From: Octopus vulgaris
Taxonomy: Eukaryota
Assembly: GCA_951406725.2 (NCBI GenBank)
Contig: OX597839.1
Span: 33,046,001-33,110,000 of the forward strand
Direction of reading: 5' to 3'
Length of the DNA stretch: 64,000 bases
Shown: positions 1 through 11,768 of the stretch, one piece after another
How positions within the stretch are numbered: the stretch's first letter is position 1
Layout: every line of letters begins with the position of its first letter
Made by a program: the position numbers and the translations under genes
The notes under the pieces: generated by a model
What the model was told of the DNA's origin: nothing
What the model saw: the letters and a program-made list of their open reading frames with translations, nothing else
The model's database searches: none

Positions 1-77
1 CCACGCAGTGGGACTGAACCCAGAATCATGTGGTTGGGAAGCAGACGTCTTACCACACAGCCACGCCTTAAAATTCC

Positions 78-225
78 TCATGCATTATCTTGCAGCTTCA
101 AGATTTCATTGACATGAGTGTTTATTTTTAGAATGACATTGTAGGGTAGGTGTGAGAGGTTGGATATGGTCAGCTTGAACATAAAACAGAGAATATTTGG
201 GCCAGTTTAAATGTTAAATGGTCAA
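78..225. mobile_element. Partial diverged copy of the piggyBac-type MITE
   Basis: Reverse-complement similarity to 44940-45100 (catgcattatcttg; ttgtagggtaggtgtgagag; gtttaaatgttaaa). Confidence 0.55.
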
Positions 226-552
226 AGCAATTTAGCTGGAACCATTTTTATTTCTTTGCAGGTCATGTCTTTGAGATTTATGAAGAAATTTCAAGAGCCT
301 GTGTGGCAAGATTTTTCTTCAAAACTTTGGTGGAAGCACAGCACACACGCTCTTCAACAGGGCCATCAAGACTTTTGAAAGGAAGGGTAATTCACGGAAA
401 GTGATTCTCAGACTGAAGATGCCGTCTGAAGAATGGATTTTGTGGAAGGGTAACCCGCAACCTCTCCACAGTGTTTAATTGTATGCGCAGAGGTGGTCCC
501 AAGGCATGGTTATTGCTGGTTGAAAACTAATTCTATCGTAAGAGACTAGAAG

Positions 553-1091
553 GCGGCAAGCTGGCAGAAACATTAGCACGCTGGGCGAAATGCTTGGTGG
601 TATTTCGTTTGCCGCTACATTCTGAGTTCAAATTCCGCCGAGGTCGACTTTGCCTTTCATCCTTTGGGGGTGGATAAATTAAGTACCAGTTACGCACTGG
701 GGTCGATCTAATCAACTTAATCCGTTTGTCTGTCCTTGTTTGTCCCCTCTATGTTTAGCCCCTTGTGAGCAATAAAGAAATAAGAAACGTTAGCACACAG
801 GGCGAACGAGGTCAACTTTGCCTTTCATCCTTTGGGGGTCGATAAATTAAGTACCAGTTATGCACTGGGGTCGATCTAATCAACTTAATCCATTTGTCTG
901 TCCTTGTTTAGCCCCTTGTGAGCAATAAAGAAATAAGAAACGTTAGCACACCGGGCGAACGAGGTCAACTTTGCCTTTCATCCTTTGGGGGTCGATAAAT
1001 TAAGTACCAGTTACGCTCTGGGGTCGATCTAATCAACTTAATCCATTTGTCCCCTCTATCTTTAGCCCCTTGTGGGCAATAAAGAAATAAG
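553..1091 (+). mobile_element. CORE-type tRNA-derived SINE ('family C') with its 3' part tandemly triplicated
   Basis: Head GGCGGCAAGCTGGCAGAA...GAGTTCAAATTCC. The CORE-like GCCTTTCATCCTTTGGGGGT(C/G)GATAAATTAAGTACCAG occurs three times, each unit ending CAATAAAGAAATAAGA. Other copies lie at about 7550-7800, 28140-28275, 31330-32000, 40850-41675 and 52800-53015. Confidence 0.8.
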
Positions 1092-2394
1092 AGACTAGTA
1101 CTGAGGAGGTGAGGGAAGGGGACTAATTAAATTGATAAACTTCATCATCACCCCCCCCCCCCATCAACACACACTTGGATTTGTGGCCTTGTTCCAATTC
1201 AGACACACACATGAATACTAGCTAAAGACAATGTGCTCCTCTTACAGTGAACCAGTCCAGCAAGTTTGTCTTTATGTTTTATCAATATCAAAGAAATTGC
1301 ACCTGTTGACTGAAGCCCCTACAGACATTTAGACAGGTGTGTGTGTGTGTGTGCACTCTTATCGTTCTCTCTCTCTTTCACAGCCAAAGCCACACAAACA
1401 AACAATGGCCAGTTTCACTACTGCTGTTGTTTATACCAGATGGCCACTCCATTGAAACCCTTCCGACCCATTCTAGCATGGAGGACCCAGACAAAAAACA
1501 GGCGGGTAGCTTGTGTATTAGTATGCCTTTATTCTTTTGCCTGTTTCAGTCATTTGACTGTGGCCATGCTGGAGCACCGCCATCGATCGAACAAATGGCA
1601 CCCTGCCCCCAGGGACACTGGTTGTCAAGCGGTGGTGGGAGACAAACACAGGCACCCCCCCACACACACACTCTTTTCCTTGTTTCAGTCAAGAGACTGT
1701 GGCCATGCTGGGGCACCACCTTGAAAAATTTTAGTCGAACTAATCGGCCACAGCCCCTTTTTTTAAAGCCTAGTTCTTATTCTATCTGTCACTTCCACCC
1801 AACCGCTAAGTCATCACAGGGACACAATCACACACGATGGGCTTCTTTTAGTTTCCACCTACCAAATCCATTCAGAAGGCTTTGGTCAGTCGAAGGCTGC
1901 AATAGAAGACACATGCCCAAGGTGCCACGCAGTAGGATTGATCTCGGAACCATGTGATTCGGAAGCAAGCTTCTTACCACACAGCTACGCCGCCGGCGCC
2001 TATATGAATGAAAGAATAAAATATTCCAAAATTGCATTTGGAACTCAATCCATGGGGCCACGGTACCGGTTTAGAGAAAAGTGATAGAATACGGTTCGGC
2101 AATTCAAGGGAAATAACTCAACACAAACCTCGAGAGACCAAATGGAAAACGTAATTTCTTCTACTCACATATTTCCAAAAACCCTTTAATAAAAATTTTG
2201 TAATATATGTAAAATAATATTACTAAATATTATTTTACATATATTACAAAATTTTAATTTTACGGCTACTGATAGCCAAAAGGCTGGAAGAAAACAAGAG
2301 AAATAAAAAAATCGAAAAATTACACTGAAATAAACTGCAGACAGGCTGCAACGGGGAGAATGTTCAGGACTAAAGAGTTGCTTCCCTTTTTTTT

Positions 2395-2962
2395 TGCTGT
2401 TTCGGTCATTTGACTGCGGCCATGCTGGAGCAACGCCTTTCGACGAGCAAATCGACTCCTGGACTTCGTCTCTGTAAGCCTACTACTTATTTTGTGGGTC
2501 TCTTTTGCCAAACCGCTAAGTTACGGGAACATAAATACACAGACATTGGTTGTCAAGTGATGGTGGTCGTGGTGGGGACAAACATATACACACACACACA
2601 CATATATATATATACATAATGGGCTTCTTTCAGTTTCCGTCTACCAAATCCACTCACAAGGCTTTGGTCGGCCCGAGGCTATAGTAGAATACATTTGGCC
2701 AAGGTGCCACACAGTGGAACTGAACCCAGAACCATGTGGTTGGTAAACAAGCTACTTACCACACAGCCACTCCTGCGCCTATATATATATATACATATAT
2801 ACAACGGGCTTCTTTCAGTTTCCATCTACCAAATCCACTCACATGGCTTTGGTTGGCCCGAGGCTATAGTAGAATACACTTGGCCAAGGTGCCACACAGT
2901 GGGACTGAACCCAGAACCGTGTGGTTGGTAAGTATACTACTTACCACGGAGCCATGCCTGCG
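2395..2962 (-). mobile_element. Family A SINE with duplicated 5' half
   Basis: The head segment occurs twice (about 2620-2779 and 2805-2962), separated by (TA)n. Confidence 0.85.
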
Positions 2963-3350
2963 GGTGCCAGTCATAGGATTGGTTCAATCAAAGTTTTTTT
3001 CTTTTAGAACGAAATTATGAATGAAGTTAGGAAAGAGAGAAAGAGGGAAGGAAAGAGAGAGGAGGGAGAGAAAGGAAAGGAAAGGAATAGAACCAAAGGG
3101 AAAGGAGAAGAGAAAGAGAGAGGTAGAAAAAATATTTGATGGAGAAAGAGAGCTAGAGGTGGAGAGAGGGGACAGAATAGGAATCTAGAGTGAATGGTTG
3201 AGTATTCCTCTGGTGAACAGGTTACAAGTGGGTAGATTGGGTTGATTGAAATCAATTTCAATATTGATTTATTCCAATAACTGTCAATAGGGGGCGATTA
3301 CGGTTTCCATATCTTTGAGCTCAAGTTTCTTATTAAACAAGACAAAACCT

Positions 3351-3752
3351 TTTGACATTTGACGGACATTTGTCCCTCATCTTGTTTGTTGTTAACACCA
3401 TGTTTTGGCTGATGTACCCTCCAGCCTTCATATACCCACTACGCCACATGCTCATGGGCATGTGGTGTAGTGGTTAAGAGTGTGGGCTACTAACCCCAAG
3501 ATTCTGAGTTCAATTCCAAGCAGTGACCTGAATAATAATATCATGAAGAAAAAAACCAGGCTGACCAAAGTCTTCTAGTGGATCTGGTTTATATATATAT
3601 ATATATTCGAATTTTCCCCAAGACACCTGCTGAAGGCTGGAGGGTTTATCAGCCGAAACATTGTGTTAACAACAAACAAGATGAGAACAAATATCCGTCA
3701 AATGTAAATAATATAAATAATGTAAATAATTCCTCATCTCTTAAATATAGAA
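3351..3752 (+). mobile_element. tRNA-headed element with a Penelope-type hammerhead motif, preceded by a head-to-head internally deleted inverted copy
   Basis: A box TGGTGTAGTGG (3463-3473) and B box GAGTTCAATTCC (3506-3517). Hammerhead-like CTGCTGA-A-GGCTG...CAGCC-GAAAC at 3627-3659. Segment 3351-3430 is the reverse complement of about 3631-3708, and 3436-3451 is the reverse complement of 3458-3473. Confidence 0.6.
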
Positions 3753-4130
3753 CTGTAAAACCTTTACAGTCAACTTCCATCTTTCAGCACCACCCGTGTG
3801 TGTGTGTATATGCATATATACATATATCATCATCATCGTTTAACGCCTGTTTTCCATGCTAGCATGGGTTGGACGGTTCAACTGGGGTCTGGGAAGCCAG
3901 AAGGCTGCACCAGGCTCCAGTCACATGATCTGAGCAGTGTTTCTGGCTGTAGCCCCAGGCTGACCACTCCGTGAGTGTAGTCGGTGCTTTTTACGTGCCA
4001 GACGAGGCTGGCAAACACATATACACATATATATATAACGGGAAAGTTTACGAAAATAAACAAAAGACGAAGGCAGGTGGAGTACAAACAAACAAATGTA
4101 TTAGTATAGCGCTCAGGAATAGAAAAAGTC

Positions 4131-4164
4131 TTTTACGTTTCGAGCCTATGTTCTTCGACAGAAA
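4131..4164 (-). ncRNA. Minimal hammerhead motif, same family as 29655-29690, degenerate
   Basis: The minus strand reads TTT-CTGTCGA-A-GAAC-ATAG-GCTC-GAAAC-GTA-AAA: intact GAAAC-GUA, with the CUGANGA box mutated. The adjacent flank (gctcaggaa...aaaagtc) is shared with the 29.6 kb copy. Confidence 0.55.
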
Positions 4165-4180
4165 TATATATATATATATA

Positions 4181-4392
4181 TGAGGGGTGTTGAGAAGTTC
4201 CAGTCTTTGGGTAAAAGAAAATACAGGAGGATCAGTTAATCATGATTTTATACACCATATTCCCTTCTCAGACTCACACATATTGCAGCAGTCCTTCAGT
4301 TTTTCTAAGCCTTGTAAAAGAACTCAGAAGGTTGTGCCTCAAACCAAGCCTTTTGCAACACCCTAAAAGCCAGGAACTTTGCAGCACCCCTA
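4181..4392. mobile_element. Mariner-type MITE
   Basis: Imperfect TIRs GAGGGGTGTTGAGAAGTTCC and GGAACTTTGCAGCACCCCTA, inside a (TA)n tract. Confidence 0.7.
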
Positions 4393-4466
4393 CATATATA
4401 TATATAGGTGAATACCAGACTGACTTGGTGCTTCAACTGAAGTACCTAATTCAACCGAATCTCATA

Positions 4467-4864
4467 TCTTTATATATAAAAGTGAAGTTGTGTGTCTGTC
4501 TCCTCTGATTTAGATTCCTAACTACTCCCACATTTTGCGGTGCAGTTTAACCAAAACCCGGGTATCTTATAGTCGTGATTCATATCGAGCCCTTCTAGGT
4601 ATTAGCGCGCGTCTACGATGAGTCTACAATTAAAAAAAAATTTACCATCAATTTTTCACATTTTTAATTCATTTTTGGCATATATAAGGGAAGTAACTCT
4701 CTAAAAATGTATTATTATTAAATCTCAGAACGTAAAAAGCTACAGTAACACCCCCCCACATTTGTGGTAAGCCATATTGAGATGGCTATTATACTTTACA
4801 TCCCTAAAAATGTTATATAGTTATTTCCCTTACAAACCCAAGGAACGCCGGGCAATACTGCTAG
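4467..4864 (+). mobile_element. Non-autonomous Helitron-like element
   Basis: Starts A|TCTTTATATATAAAAG, has a GC-rich subterminal hairpin-like motif (cccaaggaacgccggg) and ends CTAG, with no TSD. A second copy lies at 6076-6454. Confidence 0.75.
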
Positions 4865-5057
4865 CATATATATATATGGTCTTGCTAAATTATCTATTAA
4901 AAGATGGCAAGCGATATTATTTGCTAAAGAAATCTGAAACCATGGTATAACCGTTATATAACAAGGTAAAGGTTTTCATTTTTCATTTAGTTCGAAATGT
5001 TGGCTGCTATTTCTAGCATGTGAAATTACCTGTTAAAGGGTAATTTTCTATTTTGAA

Positions 5058-5104
<47 letters not shown>

Positions 5105-5951
5105 CATCCAGCCTACACTGTAACGTGGTTGGCATTTGGAAGGGCATCCAGTTGTAACAATCATGCCAAAACTAACCTTGCTTGCAATAGTGCCACGTAA
5201 AAAGCACCGAGTCCACTCTGTGGAGTGGTCGCTGTTAGGAAGGGCATCCAGCCGTAAAATCTCTACCAAAACAGACACAGTAGCCTGGGGTTGTTTTTCT
5301 ACCTGGTCAGCTTCTGTCAACCGTCCTAGCCATGCATGCATGGAAGATGGACGATAAATGTTGATGTTGATGATAACACACACACTTACAAGTCTGGCTG
5401 TGTGGTAAAGAAGCTTGCTTCCCAACCCCGTGGTTTCAGGTTCTGTCCAATCACATGGTACCTTGAGCAAGTGTCTTCTGGTGTAGCCCCAGGCTGACCA
5501 AAGCCTTTGAGTGGATTTGGTAGATAGAAACTGAAAGAAGACCATCGTATATATATATATATATATACATACATACATATATAAATATATATACATACAT
5601 ACATACATATATATATATACATACAGACATACATATATGTATATATATATATATATGTGTGTGGTTGAATACTGAAGTGACACTCTCGGAGTGGTTGGTG
5701 CATTAGGAAGGGCATCCAGCTGTAGAAACTCTGCCAGATCAAGATTGAAGCCTGGTGCAGCCATCTGGTTCGCCAGCTCTCAGTCATTCGTCCAACCCAT
5801 GCTAGCATGGAAAGCGGACGTTAAACGATGATGATGATGATGATGTAAGTACCAAATTCAATACAAACTGTAGAGCCAACTAAGGACTGGTTCTAGGTGC
5901 AGTTTAGGTATAAAAAAGGGCACAAATGGGGTTTAAAATTTACGAATCAGA

Positions 5952-6530
5952 CGAGGAGGCGCTGAATAGTTCCTGGCTCAAGGGTACTGCAAAAGGGCCT
6001 TGTCGGAGGCCTTTTACAGGGCTTCGAAAAACTGAAGGACTGCTGCGACAAGTGTGCGAATCTGAGAGGGGAATATCTTTATATATAAAAGTGAGGTTGT
6101 GTGTCTGTCTCCTACAATTTAGATTCCTAACTACTCCCACATTTTGCGGTGCAGTTTAACCAAAAGCGGGTATCTTATAGTCGTGATTCATATCGAGCCC
6201 TTCTGGGTATTAGCATGAGTCTACGATTTTTAAAAATAATTTACCATCATTTTTTTCCATTTTAATACATTTTTTCGCTATTATATAAGGGAAGTAACTC
6301 TCTAAAAATGTCAAAGATTTAAAAAAAAATTTACCATAATTTTTTTTTCCATTTTTAATGCATTTTTTTTGCTATTTTTTGGCTATAACTCTCTAAAAAT
6401 GCTTATATAGTTATTTCCCTTACAAACCCAAGCAACGCCGGGCGATACTGCTAGTGCTAAATAAAATCATAACAGATCCTCCTGTATTTTCTTTTGCCCA
6501 AAGCCAGGAACTTTCCAGCCCCTCCCCTCG
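5952..6530. mobile_element. Mariner-type MITE (opposite orientation to 4181-4392), interrupted by a Helitron
   Basis: The flanks 5952-6075 and 6455-6530 join to give the reverse complement of 4181-4392. Confidence 0.7.
6076..6454 (+). mobile_element. Non-autonomous Helitron-like element inserted in a mariner MITE
   Basis: A|TC...CTAG|T insertion without a TSD. The uninterrupted host MITE at 4181-4392 shows the empty site. Confidence 0.8.
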
Positions 6531-7119
6531 GGTGTATAGATGGTGCAGTTAGTTACTGTCTCCTTCAGTGTGGTTCCTCGTTCAAATGTCTTCTACTAAA
6601 GCCCCAGGCCCACCTAAGCTTTGTGAGTGGATTAGAGAGAAAGAGGGAGAGAGAGATATTCACACAGCTGATGGCAAACATATAAGCAGTCCCCAAACCA
6701 GTTAAATGAGCACTCACATTTTTGATTAGTTAAAACAATTAAAATTCCATTCGTAATGAAGGAAAAAGTCATTAGTGCGTCAACCCATGCCAAGGGAGGA
6801 AACTAATCAACAACCTGGAGGTTGGACGATGAAATGTGGGGGTGAGAGAATTCAAGATGTGTTTCGCTGTTTTTAAGGACTTCTCTCCTAAGCAACATCT
6901 TAACGGTACATACTATCCCTTAAGAATCACTAATATAATATTAGGGTTTACAATCTTAAAAAAAATTACTAATTAAGCTGTTTTAAATAGTTTCTAAATT
7001 TTGGCAAAAGTCCAGCAATTTTGAGGCAGTGGGTTTACATTGACCCTGAAGGAATAGAAGGCACAGCTGAACCCAGTGGCATTTGAACTCAAAACAAAGA
7101 TTGAAAGAAATGCTGCTAG

Positions 7120-7530
7120 GCATGGCTCTGTGGTAAGAAGCTTGCTTACCAACCACATGGTTATGGGTTCAGTCCCACTGCATGGCACATTGGGCAAGTG
7201 CCTTCTACTATAGCCTCGAGCCAACCAAAGCCTTTGAGTGGATTTGGTAAACAGAAACTGAAAGAAGCCCATCATATATATGTATACATACATACATATA
7301 TACATATATGTATACATATATATATATATGTGTGTGTCTGTTTGTCCCCCCACCATCACTTGACAACCAATGCTGGTATGTTTACGTCCCCGTAACTTAG
7401 CAGTTCGGCAAAAGAGACCAATAGAATAAGTACTTAGCTTACAAAGAATAAGTCCTGGGGTCGATTTCTTTGACTAAGGTTGGTGCTCCAGCATGGCCGC
7501 AGTCAAGCGACTGAAACCAAGTAAAAAAAA
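7120..7530 (+). mobile_element. Family A SINE
   Basis: Same structure. Confidence 0.85.
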
Positions 7531-7803
7531 AAATAAAAGAATAAGTACAGTGTGCTAACGACTCTGCCAGCTTGCCAATTTAACGATAATTACCCTTTCC
7601 ACTGTAGGCGCTGAGGCAGTAATTTCGAGGGAGGTGGGGGAGTGATTTGGTGACATCAACTCCGATCCTCACTTGGTACTTATTTTATCAACCCTGGAAG
7701 AATAAAAGGCAAAGTCGACCTTGGCGGAATTTGAACTCGGAACGAAATGTTGCTAGGCATTTTGTCTGACGTGCTAATAATTCTGCTAGCTCACCACCTT
7801 AAT

Positions 7804-7845
<42 letters not shown>

Positions 7846-7849
7846 GGTA

Positions 7850-8202
7850 ATCCATTCGTGGCCGTTGCCAGCCTCGTCTGGCCACCATGCCGGTGGCACG
7901 TAAAAAGCAGCATCCATTCATGGCCGTTGCCAGCCTCGTCTGGCCCCCCCGTGCCGGTGGCACATAAAAAGCACCATCCGATCGGGGCCGTTTGCCAGAC
8001 TCGTTTGGCACCTGTGCCGGTGGCACGTAAAAAGCACCCACTACACTCACGGAGTGGTTAGCATTAGGAAGGGCATCCAGCTGTAGAAACACTGCCAGAT
8101 CAAACTGGGCCTGGTGCAGCCTTCTGGCTTCCCAGACCCCAGTTGAACTGTCCAACCCATGCTAGCATGGAAAGTGGACGCTAAACGATGATGATGATGA
8201 TG
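7850..8202 (+). mobile_element. Family B copy
   Basis: Three minisatellite units, conserved terminus and (GAT)n. Confidence 0.8.
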
Positions 8203-8204
8203 AA

Positions 8205-8700
8205 ATGGGTGAAAAGGGAAAGGCAAAAATCCTCTGGGACTTTGACTTCCAGACAGACCAAGTGTTAGAGCACCAAAGGTCAGATATAGTAACCTTTAGG
8301 AGGGACAAACAAGAGGGCCTAATAATCGATGTAGCAGTGCCAGGAGATCAACATATCATCATGAAAGAAAGAGAAAAGGTTGATAAATATGGAAACCTGA
8401 GGATTGAGATTGCTAAGATGTGGCAGCTATGAGAGTCAGATGTAAAGGTTATCCCTGTTGTCATCGGAGCATTGGGTTCAATACCACCCAATCTGAAGAA
8501 AAAACATCTGGAAACTTCAGAAATACCCTACAATCTAGATGTATTGCAAAAGTCGGCATTACATGGAACTGCATGCACATTGCGCAAAGTAGTGTCTGTC
8601 TGAGGTCCTTGTTGTGACTTGACAAAACAGTAAAAACCCCCGGCAGACACAATATCTTCAATCAACAATCTCACGATATTGGATACTGTGAGACGTCTAT
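8205..8700 (+). mobile_element. 3' fragment of an R4/Dong-clade non-LTR retrotransposon (restriction-like endonuclease domain)
   Basis: Reads KILWDFDFQTDQVLEHQRSDIV...IIDVAVPGD...EKVDKYGNLRIEIAKMW*...IPVVIGALG, a PD-(D/E)xK REL-type motif. Ends in (TAA)n. Confidence 0.85.
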
Positions 8701-9080
8701 AATAATAATAATAATTTAACGTCCATTTTCCATGCTGGCATGGGTTGGACGGTTTGACTGGGGACTGGCAAGCCAGGAGGCCGCACCAGGCTCCAATTTG
8801 ATCTGGCAATGTTTCTACAGCTGGATGCCCTTCCCAATGCCAACCACTTTGAGAGTGTAGTGGGTGCTTTTTATGTGCTGCCGGCACGGGAGCCAGTCAG
8901 GCGGCACTGGTATCAGCTACAACTACAATTTCCATTTGATTGTGATTTGAGTAGTAGTAATAATAATAATAATCCTTTCTATTATAGGTACAAAGCCTGA
9001 AATTTTAGGGGGAAGGGGTTTGTTAATTATTTGATTGGTATTTATTTTATTGACCCCCATCCAAAAGGATGAAAGGCAAA

Positions 9081-9502
9081 TTCAGCTCTCTACTATATGG
9101 CTCAGAATCCTGGACGTTATCAAAGAAGCTTGAGAGGCGGTTGGATGGAACCTACACTCGCCTCATTATGAGAGCTCAAAATCTCTCGTGGAGGCGCCAT
9201 CCAACCAAAATGCAAATATATGGGAAACTACCACCTGTGTCATCTCTTGTGAAAGGTAGGAGAGTCCAGTTTGCTGGACATTGTTGTAGAGCTGAAAAAG
9301 AGGTAATTTCTACCCTTCTCCTCTGGAAGCCATCTACTCGCAATACCGGAGGGCGCACACTCTCCTACCCTGATGTAATCTCCAGGGATACAGGCATCCA
9401 GCAACAGGACCTCCGTAATGCCATGATGGACCGTGAAGTCTGGCGTAGTATGGTAAATTCCATTGTCTCGACCACGGTCGAACAATGATGATGATGATGA
9501 TG
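9081..9502 (+). mobile_element. RTE-clade LINE 3' fragment
   Basis: Reads LLYGSESWTLSKKLERRLDGTYTRL...FAGHCCR...AMMDREVWR, followed by a (TGA)n tail. It is inserted into a CORE-type SINE remnant. Confidence 0.85.
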
Positions 9503-10841
9503 AGATTTGAACCCAGAACATTTAAGTTGGAAGAAATGCTGCATTTTGTCTGCTCTGTTAATGATTCTAACAGCCTGTACCAAGCCTCACTGTCCGCTTC
9601 AGGAAGGTTTTTATGGCAGGATGCCCTTCCTAATGTCAACCACTTTATAGATTGGACGGGATGCTTTTTACCTGGTACTCAGCACTAGCGAGGTCTGATT
9701 AGTTCCAATAATTAATTATTTTTTTTTTGGTTTAAGACCCAAAAGAAATGACCTCAAATTCCGAAATAATTGAAAATTTTCCTAAGTAAGGAAATCTTGA
9801 TTTTTAGCAAGTAAAGTGACAAACTAAAGTCCGACTAATATATAAACATAAATGACAAGCTACAAAAATATACTGTGACATATATTAAACATTATGATTG
9901 AGACATGACAGCTGTATACCCCTACCCCATAACTTGTCCCTCCACACCTCTCACCTCTCGTCAATTAGCACAGTCACCACCACCACCACCCTCACTACTC
10001 CTTCTCCTTGTCCCCCTCCTGAAGGGGTTTTTGTCCTGTAATTTACTTGGTGACTGTCAGTGCTCATGGCACATAAAAACACTGTTGCTGGTACAATGTA
10101 AAAAGGCACTGGTGCCACCTAGTAAGCAGTTGTACTGGGGCAATAAAAAGCCCTGGTGCTGGTACCACACATACAGCCCTGGTGCAGCCCTGGTGCTGGT
10201 ACCACACATACAGCCCTGGTGCTGGTGCCACCTAGAAAGCAGTTGTACTGGGGCAATAAAAAGCCCTGGTGTTGGTGCCGCATATAAAGCACTCAGTACC
10301 CTTTTTATAGGTGTCGGCATTAGAAAGAGCATCCAGCCATAGGAACCATGCCAAAACAGACAATTGGAGCCTGGTGCAGCTCTCCAGCCATGCCACCTCC
10401 TGTCAAACCAGTCGCACTGAATCTCCCAGAGAACTACATTAAGAGTATACATATATCTTTGGAGCGCTCGGCCACTTGCACATTAATTTCACAAGCAGGC
10501 TGTTCCGTTGATCAAATGAAGTGCAGAACTCATTGTCATATCCAACAGTTTATATGCATACATAGCCATGATGGGCTTCTTTCAGTTTCCACCTACAAAA
10601 TCCTTTCACAATGCTTCGTAGATGGGATCATTCAGAGGGGCATCAAAAGACGACTGGTCCAATTAAACCCTTTTGATGATAACCCACACCATCCTGTAAT
10701 TCTTGGTAAATTAACATGATGTTCCTCCATACTATACAGATTCTTGGGTCCCCATTGGGTGCCATTGGGGTGGTTAATTGAGCCATTTAATTTAAACGTA
10801 ACACCATCACTTCAAACAATCTTCGTTAGAAAGTATGTATA

Positions 10842-11235
10842 GGCGTAGGAGTGGTTGTGTGGTAAGTAGCTTGCTAACCAACCACATGGTTCCGGGTTCA
10901 GTCCCACTGCGTGGCATCTTGGGCAAGTGTCTTCTGCTATAGCCCCGGGCCGACCAATGCCTTGTGAGTGGATTTGGTAGACGGAAACTGAAAGAAGCCT
11001 GTCGTATATATGTATATATATATATAGTGTGTGTGTTTGTGTTTGTTCCCCTAGCATTGCTTGACAACCGATGCTGGTGTGTTTACGTCCCCGTCACTTA
11101 GCGGTTCGGCAAAAGAGACCGATAGAATAAGTACTGGGCTTACAAAGAATAAGTCCCGGGGTCGATTTGCTCGACTAAAGGCAGAGCTCCAGCATGGCCA
11201 CAGTCAAATGACTGAAACAAGTAAAAAGAGTAAAA
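10842..11235 (+). mobile_element. tRNA-derived SINE, 'family A' (dominant SINE), full length
   Basis: Head GGCGTAGGAGTGGTTGTGTGGTAAG with A box and B box GGTTCAGTCCC, internal (TA)n(TG)n tract, and 3' part ...CAGCATGGCCACAGTCAAATGACTGAAACAAGTAAAA. Confidence 0.9.
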
Positions 11236-11530
11236 GAAAAAAAGAGAATCTTCTGAACATCTTGCCAAATACCATTCTTTGATCTGGATCATCTTCTTAA
11301 AGAGTTTGGATTATTCTTGGAATATCACTTTTCCAATGACCAAACTTCTAAATGCAATTGATGCTTGACTTTGAAATTCCTATCTCATGGCATTCTTGCA
11401 GAATACAGATTTCCTTAAACTCTGGCACTATGCTTCTAGTGCCCTTTTTTGCTTTGTGGGGCTCCTCCATATCCATGGTCTTTCAGAATATTTCTTGTAG
11501 ACATCCTGAACAGCTCCATTTTTTTCAAAC

Positions 11531-11768
11531 CAGGGCTGTGGAGTTGGAGTCAGTTAAACTATACCGACTCTGATTCCGACTCACAATATCTTTACTCTTT
11601 AATCTAAACCAGTTATAAGATGTAGGCCTACTCAGAGTACAAGTGTATGCTTTATGAGATATGTAGGCCATGACCACTTCATTACATAAAGAGGAGTCAG
11701 TTGGAGTCAGAGGTGACAATAGTAGAGGAGTCAGAATCAATGCTTTTTGTTTCGACTCCACAGTTCTG
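11531..11768. mobile_element. hAT MITE
   Basis: TIRs CAGGGCTGTGGAGT and ACTCCACAGTTCTG, 8-bp TSD tttcaaac/cttcaaac, and subterminal GAGTC repeats. Confidence 0.8.
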
